A stretch of DNA of 64,000 nucleotides from Diplonema japonicum (GCA_964019335.1 OZ025722.1:413877-477876); one strand, 5' to 3'. Positions 21,564-34,391 are shown, counted from the first letter of the stretch. Numbers and translations: made by a program. Notes: a model not told the origin generated them from the sequence alone.

Positions 21564-24500
21564 ATGGATCCATCGATCCTGCTGCCACCCCCGAGGAATG
21601 TTCCCGTTGCTGTCCAGGTGTTATGGGTGACGCAGAAGAACTTCAAGTTGAAGATGGGAGCAATGGGCGGCTTTATACTGGAGATGCTGCTGCCTGCATT
21701 GCTGGCAACAGCCTTGGTGCCTGCATGGCTTGCGGCCGACCGTTCGCGTAGGCCTGAGAGGGAGTTTTCAAGCATGCCTGTCATGGACGTGCCCGCCATC
21801 ATGGAGCCGTATAAATGCGTGGCTGACGGTGTTTCCATCACGAGTCCCCTGACAGGGCTCTTATACTGCGCTTGCAATACTACTGCCACCTTGCCTTGCA
21901 TAGGTGTCATGTGCCTGGATACCACTGGAGACGCCCTCACCCTCTACGAAATAGCCACCACTTATGAAGGTCCTGTCGTCCCACCTGATCTCGACATCAT
22001 GATCCTCGTCCAGCAGGCAGGCAAGCACGGTCTCATCGGTGACGGCTCCTCCATGGGCCATACTTCCTACACCGCCTCCTTCACTGTTGGCACCAAGATA
22101 GCGATTTTCAGCGAAATAGGCGGAAACGACCATCTTGTGGAGCTGATGAAAACGTACTACAGGAACAGAAGTGTGCTCTTCGATGAGGTGTTCATGTCCT
22201 TCGAGTCGGAAGGCCAGCTCACAGACTACACATACGACGAAGGCAACGCACAGATGATGGGCGCCATCGTCGTGAATGGGCCCTACGACTACGCCATCAG
22301 AGTGAACAGATCCGCGACGGCCAACACGAAGATGGACCAAGAGTGGGGCGATCCCAGCGGGCTGGGCAAATCCTACAAGAAGTACATAACCGGAGGATTC
22401 ATTACATTACAGCAGATGACAAACAACTTTTGGCTCCACTACGGCAGCCAAGGTGCGCACGTGGCACTCAACGATCTAGTAATTCTTCCGTGTTACATCC
22501 CAAGCTACCGAGAGGACGAGTTCCTTGTTGCCGCAGGTCGGTTCTTGCCGTTGGTGGCTGCCATTTCGTACCTGTACTTCATTGGACAATATGTAAGCAG
22601 CATGGTAAAGGAAAAGGAAGACCGTATTAAGGAGGGCATGCTCGTTATGGGTCTGTCTCCCGCCGCTTTCAAGCTGTCGTGGTATTTACTGGGTTTCTTT
22701 GAGGGCTTCGTCATCTCCCTCACTCTCTCTATCGTTTATTGCGCTTCGTACTTCGGGAACTCTAGTTTCTTCCTGTTGTTCATGTTGCTGTTTCTATTCT
22801 CTACGAGTATAGTGGCGGGTGCTAATCTCGTCGCTTGTTTTTTTTCTAAGGCGCAGATAGCAGGACTGGCCGCACCGTTCATATTTTTGGCGACAGTGAT
22901 CCCGAGGTTTGCTACTTCGAACCCCGACTCCCTTTTCATGCTGAATGTGCTTTCTGCGTTCCCCTTTTCAGGGGGCATGACTACTATAAGTGACTTAGAA
23001 AAATCTGGGAGGGGCCTCTCCAGTGATTCCTTGGGGGATGGAGAAGATCCTGTAAAGAAAGCGTATATGTTGCTTGTAATGGACACTATACTGTACATTG
23101 TGTTAGAATGGTATTTCAGCAAAGTGCTGCCTAGTGAGTGGGGAACTCATCGACACCCGTGCTTCTGCTGTCCCTGTGTCTCCAGCACCCCTGCAGAGAT
23201 CGATGTGAAGAAGGTGACCTGCAACCGTGTTGAGGAAGTTACAGACCCTGACGTCCTCAAGCGTGAAGTAGTCTCCATCGACAATCTCACGAAGTGCTTC
23301 AGCAGCGAAACCGGTGTGTTTACAGCTGTGAACACCTTGTCCCTCAAGATGTACGAAGGGCAGGCTTTGGTGCTGTTGGGTCACAACGGTGCTGGCAAGA
23401 CTACCACTATCAACATGCTCACAGGCATGCTGCCCGTCACATCCGGTGACGCCACTGTTTTCGGAAAGAGCATCGTATGGAACCTCAGTGCGATCCGAAA
23501 GGACATCGGGTTATGCCCGCAGCATAATATCCTTTGGCCGAACCTTACGTGCAGGGAGCACCTTATGTTCTTTGGAAGAATCAGAGGGCTGAAAGACGCC
23601 GAGCTTGTGAACGACGTGACCAAGATGCTGCGGGATATAGACCTTGAAGAGAGGGCAGACTACAGAACGTGTGGCCTTAGCGGGGGCATGATGCGCAAGC
23701 TGTCAGTTGGGATTGCCCTAATCGGGGGACCCAGGTTGATCATCCTTGACGAACCGACAGCGGGCATGGACATCCAAGCACGACGGGCCATATGGGACCT
23801 CATTAAGAAGAATAAGAAGGGCCGCACTATGTTGCTCACAACACACTTCATGGACGAGGCCGACCTCCTTGGGGACTCGATTGCTATCATGTCTGACGGG
23901 AGATTGTACTCGTGGGGGTCGGGGCTGTATTTGAAGAGCAGCTTGGGCGTCGGCTACAACCTGCGGTGCGAGATGAATTCGAAATGCGTTCCTTCAGCAG
24001 TGGAGGCTGTCCTGCAGAATGAGGTGGATCAGGTGAACACCGACGAGAAAGGGTGCAACAAAGTAGGAATAGTCTCACAAGCAGGGAGGGAGCTCGTGTT
24101 GAGACTACCCATGTATGCTGTATCTGCATTCCCGAAGATTCTGAGGCATCTTGAAACAGGTGGTGATGAACTAGGGGTGGACAGGTTTGGGATAAGCGTG
24201 ACTACATTGGAGGAGATATTCATTAAAATAGCACAAAACGGCAATTTAGTGCCGAATGAAGAAGAAAACACGAATAAGGATCTCGACTTCGATATAAGTG
24301 ACGTTGAGAAGGTGACGGGGAGCTCACTGGTCGTCCTCCAGATGAAGGCGTGCTTCAGGAAACGTTTGAACTGTGGGAAGAGGGACAAGCGCACCCTATG
24401 CTACCAGCTGTTCCTCCCTGTGATGCTCATCGCATTGGCTCTGGGGCTGAGTATGATACCGATACCATCGTACCCAAGCAAGGACCTTACACCAGGCCAC

Positions 24501-27024
24501 GTCACTGAAGCAGTCTTAAACCCTGAACAGTACGGGCAGGATTATGTACGTAATGACAGGTACGTTGCGCTGAGTGTGGGAAGTACGGCGTCATGGAGGG
24601 GCACGGAGGAGGTACTGCGTGATACATTTTATTCGCATGAAAAGAATCGAATGTGTGCCACTGTGCTTAACACCACCACCTCACGTTACCCTTATACCTA
24701 CAAGCCTCCCGCCCCATGCCGCGAACTAGGAAACACCACGCTTCAGAAGTCAGAAAGACGGAAAAGCTTCTTATCGAACACTGTTGGTGTCATGCAGAAG
24801 CTGCTGGTTCCCTCGATCAACGATACACATGCAGCGTTTTTTAACGGGTCCTTCCTGCACTCGCTGCCACAGGCTGTTTTAGTGCATCACACGGCGTTGC
24901 TGCGTGCCGTGACAGGGGACAACTCTCTGACTATAAACACGGTGAACTCACCCTTCCCGAACTCCAAGAGTTTGCAGGCGAGGTTCGAGAGCTTCGCAAC
25001 AGTAATACTGGGTCTCTTTGTGCTGATCCCCTTCGCCATTGTTCCGTCAACATACGTGAGCTTCCTTGTCAAAGAGAGACAATGCAAGGCAAAGCATATA
25101 CAACTCGCTTCTGGCGTTGGTCTGTTTGCTTTCTGGGCCTCTACATTCATTTGGGACTTGTGTTCATATATGGTGACCACAGGCGCGGCCTTCGCTATGT
25201 TCGGCGCTTTTTCACGTGATGAGTACATCGGCAACGCAGAAAATGCGATGGCTACTCTCGTACTGTTTTTCTTCTACGGGTTGTCGTCGATAGGAGCGGC
25301 TTATGTTGCTTCGTTCTATTTCCGAACGCACACGCAGGCGCAGAGTGTGGTGAGCGGGTTCAGTCTGTTCGCTGGCTTCGTCCTTGTCATCACAACGAAC
25401 ATCTTGGAAAGCATCGATTCCACAAAGGATGTTTCGAGGGTGCTGCGCCACATGTTCAGAGTAGTGCCTTCCTTCTGCGTGGGTGATGGTATCATAGCCA
25501 TAGCTGGGATACCCATCAAGACTTCATATGGGATGGACCCACCTGGCCCATTTGACATGGATGTCATCGGCTGGGACGTGTTGTGGATGGCTATTGAAGC
25601 GCCGATCTTTTACTTCATCACGCTGGCACACGACTACCCCGAGATCCTTTACATATTAGGGATCAGAAAGTACGCAGGGGAAGAGGCATCTCAGGATGAC
25701 GAAGAAGTCGAAGAGGTATGGTTGGGGGGTTTTATCCAAGACACTGTAGGACAACGACGTTCTGACCGAGAGACGCACTGTGGAAGCTGTCGACCCCGTT
25801 ACTCAGTCCGGGGAGTACATTATTACTGTAAACAAACTGATGAAGGAGTACCCTTCCTTAGGGTCTATTTCTAAAACAAGAGCCGTCAAGAATGTGTCCT
25901 TCACAGTCTTAAAAGACGAAGTATTTTGCTTACTTGGCACAAACGGTGCTGGAAAGACAACAACACTCAGCATTGTATCAGGGGAGTTTCCACCAACAGC
26001 TGGTTCAGTCCACGTGAAAGGGCACGATGTTGTGAAGGACACATACAACGCAAGGAGCGAGCTGGGATACTGTCCACAGTTCGATGCTTTACTTGTATGA
26101 AATGAGAAGAAAATGTGAAAAAAGTTCCCCACACCCCACAGGACCTGCTCACTCCTCAGGAGCACTTGGAGTTTTATTGTGAACTTCGCGGCGTTTCCGG
26201 ATTTAAAAAAGTATTTTTTTATTTTTTCTTTGAGGGGGGGGAAAAAATCAACAGTACAAGTTATGTGCTTTGATTATAGAGGTTCTGGGGCTGGACCCGC
26301 ACAAGCATAAACTGTGCAAGCAGCTGAGCGGTGGGAACAAACGAAAGGTTTCAATTGGAATATCCTTGACAGGTGCACCAGCGGCGGTATGTGTACGCTT
26401 ATTTTTTTCAATCTCGCTTTTTTTTAGTTGTTGCTAGACGAGCCTACCGCAGGGATGGATCCGGTGGCTCGGAGGACATTGTGGACGGCTCTGAAGCTGA
26501 TCGGACATGGGAGGAGTGTCATCCTCACGACACACCACTTAGAGGAAGTGGAGGCCTTGGCTCAGCGAGTCGCAATCATGGTCGCCGGGAGGATCCAATG
26601 CATAGGAACGTTAAATCACTTGAAGCAAAAGTTCGGCAACGGGTACGAGCTGGAGATCAAGGTTCTGTCAAAAGATGCCATTCCAGAGATCGAAAGTTTT
26701 GTCGCAACGAATTTTTCTAGCTCGAAGCTAATTGAGCAAACAGGCGAGCGACTCATCTTTAGATTGAATAAAGACAACCTTGCTTTAAGCCAGGTGTTCA
26801 GTGCCTTACAGGCAAATGCAAAGGACCTCAACATAGTGGACTATTCCATTTCGCAAACATCTTTGGAGCAAGTGTTCATGTCCATATGCAAATCGTGGGA
26901 AGGTGAACAGGACGCTCTCGAAACGTTGAGCAGTGTCACCGAGGAGGCTGTGACGCCCCACTTGAGCTTGGTGGTGCCTAACCCTCTCGCCTCTAGAAGA
27001 AGCATACGGCTGACACGATCGTGA
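21564..27024 (+). CDS. Full-size ABCA transporter; join(21564..25715,25750..26094,26142..26210,26255..26386,26428..27024)
   Basis: Two TMD+NBD halves: GHNGAGKTT/LSGGMMRK/LDEPTAGMD and GTNGAGKTT/LSGGNKRK/LDEPTAGMD; EKE motifs, TLEEIF/SLEQVF; four introns (34, 47, 44, 41 nt) restore NBD2. Confidence 0.95.
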
Positions 27025-27216
27025 TCACGTTGTTTTATGGCACTTCCGTGCCGTAGCGTTGTTTTGCTTGCTTCAGTGGGGTATGGATGGCAAATATTTT
27101 ATAGCCTGTTATCTCCTTATTTTCCCCCCGATACTGCCTTGCACTGGCTTGTTGATTTTGTTTTTTTTTTTTCCTTCGATTACTTACCACCAATGACTAA
27201 CCAGACCTAAAAGGCA

Positions 27217-29466
27217 ATGGACTTGTTACAGACCAGCGAATGGCCTGAAGATGCATTCGATGACAACATTGACGATATCCTGTTCAAGGATACCCTGCAA
27301 GCCTTGGGTAGTATCGATGAGGGGCCACATGAAAAGCCCATTCCTAAAGCGCGGGCTGTGCCTAGCAAGCTTGCTGGGAAGGCAATGCTGAAACGTTCCA
27401 CAGCACGACCGGGGCCGGGGCCGCTTTACAATGTGACGAACAGAAAAGTAGAAGCAAAGCCGGTACGGAAGCAACCCAGAAGCACAAACACTGTGTTCCC
27501 TGTGAATCCATTTGAAAACATCCTAAAGGACCAGGTTCTGCGAAGGGAGGCAGTACGAGAACCAACGTCAGCTGACGACATTTGGGAAAAGCCTATCGAC
27601 AGCAGCGCAAACCCGCCCCCTCCACCCCCGCCGCCCTTGCCGCAGTGGGCGCTTGATAATTATGATCCTGCTATGACTATGAACAATTCTTTCCTCCAGA
27701 CGATTCTCAAATCAAACCCACTGGCTCCTGCAGAGACGCATAGCCCTGTTTCTTACTCTCCCCCACCGCCGGTGTCTCCTGTTGTGTCCCATCATCATCA
27801 TCACGATCCCGTGATCCATCTGGTGCCGACGACGCCTTTGTACAAAGCAGAACCTTTAGGCGAAGAGCCTGCAGCTGCCTCAACATCTTTCCCGATTCCT
27901 ACTTCTAGTCCTAACTTGCAAGAAGTGGCTGAGACAACAGGCAGATCGGAGACATCCTCTCCACCCGACCTTGGTGGGGTATACACCGGCTTTGCTGACA
28001 ATGTTGAAAATAACGTAATAGGCAGCTCGGGACGCGAGTCGCCATTGGGGGAGCCTTTGAAGCCTGCAGCCCTTTCGCCTCATACACTGCCTGTCGGTAT
28101 ACGATTGCAGAATGCACCAGTCACCGAGCATGAAGTTCGAATGGAGGCATTAGAGTACTCTAGCTGTGATGGAGCGTCTATCCAAGATGGGCAGGCGCAG
28201 GACGCGAGTGCTGATAAAGAGCCCTCAGAGGATTTGGATCAGGGTATGGAGACAGAAACGAGTGATGATTTCGAGACGTTGACCGACGCCACCCAAGTGC
28301 GCAGCCAGTCCGCAACACTGGAGCCAGAGCCCCTGGGGAGCAATGCGGTTGCTGCTGTTGATGAAAACAGCAAAGTTCCAGTGCAACCTGATATTCAGGA
28401 AACGCCGCTAGAAGAGATTCAACCCGTGATGACAACAGTGCAAGTTGGCATAATGAATCCGAGTGAACAGCTACTATCAGAGGAACCGTTGTTTGAAGAA
28501 TTCGGAGAGGCTGCTACGCCAAAAGAGGAACAGCCGGAGCTTGAGCTCGAAGCAGATCAAAGCCCTGTGCGAAGCGTACCAAGCCCGGAGCCACTTAAAC
28601 TCCCGCCTCTGCAAACGGAGAGCGCTTGTGGGGGTGTGGAGATGGTCTCGTTGTCTAAGAAAGAAATGCCAGTTACAGAAGAAGTGGAAGCACCTAAGAA
28701 TAGATGTGGTAGCCTGTCACTGTCTCCGTCCGTCGAGTCATCGATTCACGCAGTTACACCTCCGAGGGCCGCACCTTGCCAGAAGTCCGTTACATTCGCA
28801 TTTCCAGTTGGAAGCAAACACGGAAAGTGTGAGCACCAAGCGATTAAAATGCCTGATTGCGATGCGCACCTTGACATGGAGAAGAAGCACCGCACCATCG
28901 GAGTGGGCATTGCTTTCATTTTTTTTGTAATTCTTCTCGTTTTTCTCATCACGGAAGTTAACGACGACAAAGGGTTGCATGTGAAGCTGGTGGAGTATGC
29001 AGAGCATGAGTTGCAACGTCCCTCGTACAAAATACGTTGCAACGGTGCTGACGTGGAGTCTGGCCAGGGGAAGGTAGGCGAGAAGGTGCCGCTGCATAAC
29101 AAATGCGGAGGGCTACTTGAGGTAGCGATCGAGGGGCGTGTGATAAGGGTAGCAAGTGACACCATGCATGTGCTGTATCTTTCGGGAGAGAAGTTTACGA
29201 ACCTCGTTGAGAGCAAACAGTGGGTGCATACGATCACCGGGGAGAGTGTGCACGCTTCGCCTTCTGACACAGCACTTTCCTTTGTCTACACATCGCACCT
29301 TGTTAAGGAGTACCATGATTGCTCCCATTACAGCACCACCGTCATCATCGCCCTCGTCGGGGGTACAGCAGCTCTTTCTTGTTTCCTGTATTTCCTTGCA
29401 ATCACCTCCTTACGCAAAATAGGTCTCAGTAATAAGACCCTGGTGAGCAAAACTGCGCGATCGTAG
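27217..29466 (+). CDS. Hypothetical protein with long Pro/Glu/Ser-rich disordered N-terminus and two C-terminal TM helices
   Basis: 749-aa ORF; hydrophobic stretches IGVGIAFIFFVILLVFLI and VIIALVGGTAALSCFLYFLAI. Confidence 0.7.
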   Translation: MDLLQTSEWPEDAFDDNIDDILFKDTLQALGSIDEGPHEKPIPKARAVPSKLAGKAMLKRSTARPGPGPLYNVTNRKVEAKPVRKQPRSTNTVFPVNPFENILKDQVLRREAVREPTSADDIWEKPIDSSANPPPPPPPPLPQWALDNYDPAMTMNNSFLQTILKSNPLAPAETHSPVSYSPPPPVSPVVSHHHHHDPVIHLVPTTPLYKAEPLGEEPAAASTSFPIPTSSPNLQEVAETTGRSETSSPPDLGGVYTGFADNVENNVIGSSGRESPLGEPLKPAALSPHTLPVGIRLQNAPVTEHEVRMEALEYSSCDGASIQDGQAQDASADKEPSEDLDQGMETETSDDFETLTDATQVRSQSATLEPEPLGSNAVAAVDENSKVPVQPDIQETPLEEIQPVMTTVQVGIMNPSEQLLSEEPLFEEFGEAATPKEEQPELELEADQSPVRSVPSPEPLKLPPLQTESACGGVEMVSLSKKEMPVTEEVEAPKNRCGSLSLSPSVESSIHAVTPPRAAPCQKSVTFAFPVGSKHGKCEHQAIKMPDCDAHLDMEKKHRTIGVGIAFIFFVILLVFLITEVNDDKGLHVKLVEYAEHELQRPSYKIRCNGADVESGQGKVGEKVPLHNKCGGLLEVAIEGRVIRVASDTMHVLYLSGEKFTNLVESKQWVHTITGESVHASPSDTALSFVYTSHLVKEYHDCSHYSTTVIIALVGGTAALSCFLYFLAITSLRKIGLSNKTLVSKTARS

Positions 29467-29532
29467 ATAATTTAGAATAGTAGATTTTGTTATTATTACT
29501 GTGCTCTCTTTACATAAACAGGATTGCTAACA

Positions 29533-31978
29533 ATGTCGATTTCTGAAGAGACCTTGGACAGGGTCAGGGCGTGCATGAAAACTGCGAAGGCCCCTGGTCA
29601 CTTTGACAAAGTCTATAAGGATGAGTGTATGCTGTCCTTTGACACCCCGTTCAGCGAGGGGGGGCTCTTCGTCTCTCTCACAAGCTGGTTTGGTTTCGGG
29701 AAGGAAAAAGTTAAGCAGCACCAGAAAAAGAGTGGTGAAAAGCTGTACCTCTTTGAACAGTGGACTAAGGTGTTCAAGCCCAAGGAGGAGATCCCTGAGG
29801 CCACTAAGATGGGGATCGGTATCGAGGGTGGCTTTGCTGGCACGGTGCCTTTTGAGATTGTAAAGGAGCACTCCCTTGCGCTGATTGACAACGATGAGGT
29901 TGTGATGATGCCCTTGTGCCAGGATCTGCCGGCACTAATTCTGCAGGTCTGCGATGCGGTCATCGCCAGCGAAGGTGTGGCGTACAAGGAAGACGTGGCG
30001 GCATGGGAGGATGTCGATGCCCAGACGGACAGTAAGTACGCCGCCGATCTCCTGCAGCTGGAGGATGCACCGAAGATATCCCCCGACCCTTCCACATGGG
30101 AGGACGCGGCGACCGGTGCCAAAGAAAACCTGTGGCTCAACTTGTCTACTGGCTATATAGGAGGAGGGAGGAAGAACTACGACGGCTCTGGGGGTAGCGG
30201 TTCCGCTTTGGATCACTTCAAAGCCACAGGCAACAAGTACCCCCTTGTCGTGAAGCTTGGCACCATTACGGCGCAGGGCGCAGATGTATACTCTTATGCA
30301 CCTGATGAGGACAGGTCATGCCGCGACTCCAAGCTGGCCGAGCACCTGTCGCACTTTGGGATAGATGTAATGAAGCAGGAAAAGACCGTCAAGACGACAA
30401 CGGAACTGACGCTGGAGATGAACAACAAGTACGAAGGCAGCAAGATCCTGGAAAACAACTCAGAGCTAGTGCCTGTGTATGGCCCGGGCTTCCAAGGCCT
30501 CACCAACATTGGGAATAGCTGCTACATGGCGTCCGTCTTGCAAACGTTGTTCAGCATGCCAGAGTTCGTTGAGAGGTATGGCACAAATGCTGAGAAGACC
30601 CTGTCGACTGCCTCGGGTAACTATGCTGACGATGTTCTTGCGCAGTTGGCTAAGTTGGGCTCCGCACTCTGCTCGGGCACCTACAGCAAGGAGGGAGAGG
30701 CGGACAACCCTGCCTATGAGGTACGACCCAGAATGCTGAAGTCCTTGATCGCAAGGGGCCACCAGGAGTTCTCGTCGTCAAGGCAGCAGGACGCGCAGGA
30801 GTACCTGGAGTACTTCATCGAACAACTGAAACGCGTTGAGACACGCGACGCTGCCAGGCTCGAAGGTGGACAGGACATCGAAAGCCTGTTTGCCTTTGAT
30901 ACTGTTGAGCGCTGGCAGTGCAACACCTCGAAGAAGGTCCGCTACACAACCCACACCGAGAGGATGCTGAAGCTCAGCGTTCCTATGCAAGCAGCCGTCA
31001 ATAGTGACGAGTTGGAGGCCTTCGACGAACGACAGGCGAAGAAGGCCAAAAAGGACGAAGACGAGGAGAAACCCTTACCCATCGTGCCGTTCGATGCTGT
31101 GCTGCAGAGGTTCGCTGCTGAAGGTATTGTGGAATCGCCAAGTAGTACTTTCAATTACAGACATCAAGACCGACTGGTACAGCCCCGCTGCAAAGGAAAT
31201 AACAACCGCCACCACTTTCACACGTTTCAAGACGTTCCCGAAATACGTTGTGATGTATTTGCAGAGATACTACGCAAGCGAAACTTGGGAACCGAAGAAG
31301 TTGGAGGTCGTGGTCCCTATGCCTGAGGAGCTGGATCTCACACACTTGCGCGGGACTAGCCAGCTGAAGGACGGCGAAGAGGCTTTGCCTGAGGGCGAGG
31401 CACCGGTTAAGAAAGAGCCTGCCATCGAGCCTGATGAAGAGATCCTCGCCCAGCTGGTTTCTATGGGCTTTGACTTGGTGGGGTGTCAAAAGGCTTGCGT
31501 CGCTGTGAAGAATAGCTCCGCTGACGCTGCTATGGAATGGGTGCTGCAGCACATGGGCGATCCTGACTTCGCAGTACCCCCTTCTGACACTCCAAAGCAG
31601 GAGGCTGTTGGCGTGAAGCCTGAAGACGTGGATACACTAATGGCCATCACAGGATTTGACGCGAAGCGCGTGACGAAAGCTCTGAAGGCAACTGATGGGA
31701 ACACGGAAAGGGCTGCCGACTGGCTGTTCTCGCACCCTGACGACGACGGCGAGGAGGAGACAGGAGGAAAGACAGAACTCCAGCTCAGCGACGGGGGCGG
31801 TAAGTACGCCCTCACAGGCATGATCAGCCACATTGGCAAGAACACAGGTTGTGGACACTACGTGGCACACCTGAAGAAAGGCGGCGATTGGTACTTGTTC
31901 AACGACGAGAAGGTTGCGAAGTCCGAGAACCCGCCTTTCGGTCTTGCATACATTTATATCTACAAAAGGCTTGACTGA
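29533..31978 (+). CDS. USP5: Ubiquitin C-terminal hydrolase USP5/13 (Ubp14) family; join(29533..31123,31161..31978)
   Basis: VYKDEC, ZnF-UBP ENLWLNL..GR, Cys box GLTNIGNSCYMASVLQ, QQDAQE, two UBA domains, His box GHYVAH..FNDEKV; 37-nt intron 31124-31160 links the two ORFs. Confidence 0.95.
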
Positions 31979-32796
31979 ACTGAATAAGGGTGTGATATAG
32001 ATAGGTGGGCTTTGCTTTTTTTTTAAGGAAATTCCTTCTTTTCTTTTCCACATCCATTCACGTATTTTTTTTCTTTCTTTTTCTAGCCCATTCCACCCTC
32101 GGGGCTGCTTTAACCTAACCTTAACTTAAGAGGACAATAGAACTTGGCGTACAGTGTTATATAAAAATTAACTGCTGCTGGGTCTTTTCTAGTGTCACTT
32201 AGGACAATATGATCGCAGAGGTACTTCGAACGGGGGGTGATGTCTAGTGGCGAAGGGTTTCGCGGTTGAGAAGGGTCCGCTGTGGGTGGCGACAGCCGAA
32301 AGTCGTGGAACGTTATAAGCTCAAGCTGGCCCAGAGAGCGGCTCAGAGAGTATGGTGATAAGGTGCTAGGCTGGGCAAGAAAACTCGGCAGGATTCACCT
32401 AAAGGGCACGGGGGAATAAGACCTAATTCCGGCAGAAAATAAGAAAGAAAGAAGTCAGTACACTCACTACGGACCCTAGGACTCCACAGCCACTATCCAT
32501 CACTGGTAACTCCTGTCCAGTCTTTGCGACCCCGAAGGCGACCCACACCCTAACCTAGAGGAGCAACACATTGCATCCTCAACAACTCGCTCGTTGGTTT
32601 CACGCCCATAGATGCTACGACGGCCAAAGGCAACACCACGACAGAAGGGATCTAACACTAGATTACGGGTTCCCTTCAAAAACACCTTTTCTCTTCTTCT
32701 TTTCATACATGTTCACTTACGCTACACAGGGCAAGAATTTCATTTTCTTCTCAATTATATTATAGTGCAACACTTGTTTTTTTCTTCTCTTTTTAT

Positions 32797-34391
32797 ATAT
32801 GGCATCGTTTCAAAAACCCCCCCCCCCCCAAAATGAGGCCAATTGACACTTTCAATATTTCTCTAAGTACTTTTCCCAAAAAAAAAAAATTCTACAACTT
32901 TCCCGGCCCAGATTAGGAAAGAAAACACCCCAGAAAATGGGAAAGTGGGTGTTACTGGTACCCAGAAAATTCAGTCCTAGGGGCAAAAATGGGTTTTTTC
33001 ACTTTGCACAAATTCAGTAAAAGAGGGGGTGACAAAAATGGATGCTTTTAAACTTGCTGTTGAGAAGCTAGGGGTAAAAAAAAATGGTATTCGGACCGAG
33101 AAAGGGTAAATGGGAACACCACGGTGATCAGGACACTCGCCACAGAGGTTTTTGAGAAGCACAGTGGCAACAACTGTGCTGCACTAGTTTGTGGCGTAGT
33201 GTGTAAAGGGGAACTTCTAGCGGCACTTCTGCTATCATTTTCTGGTTGATTTAGTAGCCAACAAGACACCACACGGCGCCAATTGGTCAGAGGCATGAGG
33301 CTTGACCACATCACACATGATGAAATAAGGGCAGCTGGCCTTACTGTTGGAAAAGTCTTGTTCCACAGTAGCATGGGCACAGAAAAAAATAAAGAAAAAA
33401 ATGGAGTGGATACTCTGGACTGACGGTGGGCGTCACTTTCGTGCAAAGGAATTTTGCTACTTTGTTCTTTTTGGTCTTCGTTATGTATATCCCGATCGGA
33501 CGTTTTCCCTGTGGTTTCTGGGGGAGAAACACGGCAAAAACAACAGGGACAGCCACTTTGGTGTGCTCTCTCGTGTTTTTTGGTTTTGGGTGCCTCGTTC
33601 CACAACAATTAAAACTGTGGAACAAATAGGTAACATCACCAATACGATACGGTGCGCCATGCATGTAGTTACTGATGTCTTTGGCCCGTACAAAAAGAAA
33701 ATTCTTGAGTTTCCGGATTTTACAGGTGCATATGAGCTCAGGAGCACACCGGAGGGTGTATTTGCTACGTGTGCGTCCACGAGCTAGAAAGAACTAAAGT
33801 ACATCATCAAAGAACTCGCTGCAGACAGGGCAGAGAAAAGGCCCCCAGTCTGTGAATCTTGTGATGAGTATGAGGACGTTCCTGATAGCCTTCCCGGACT
33901 TGAAAAACGAGAAAGAATAGTAACCAAATTACAAAAATACTCGACACCCCATGACAAGCCCAAAGCACCAAGTACACCTACGAATGAGCCTCTTAAAACC
34001 CCCCAAAATGCGGTAGAAGGCCTAATAGTATGAAAAAGAAATGAGGTCGCCCACTCAGCAGCAGCACATCTCAGCCGCAGAAGATTAGGAAATGAAGGTT
34101 TCCACTTCCAACATCATTTCAGCCACCTTCTAGTAGTGAGTTCCGCTATTTCTTGCTATTGAAAGCATACTCTCTGACTTTACCAAAACCACTAAAACCC
34201 GATTTTGACCCTAAAACTGAATTTTTCATAGGTCAAAATAGCACTCTTGAGCGATTTCTGACCCGGGTTCTTTCCTAATATGGGCCGGGAAATATGGAGA
34301 ATTTTTTTTAAAGGGGGCGGCATGCCCAAAGATGCAACGAAAGTGTCAATTGGCCTCATTTTGGGGGGAGGTTTTTGAAATCGACCCATAT
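32797..34391 (+). mobile_element. Non-autonomous TIR DNA transposon with truncated DDD/E transposase remnant (Sola-like motif)
   Basis: Imperfect inverted repeats of ~200 bp (32795-32998 / 34194-34393; core CAAAATGAGGCCAATTGACACTTTC), TA-rich flanks; internal WTDGGRHF..EKHGKNNRDSHFG; second copy at 51260. Confidence 0.8.
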
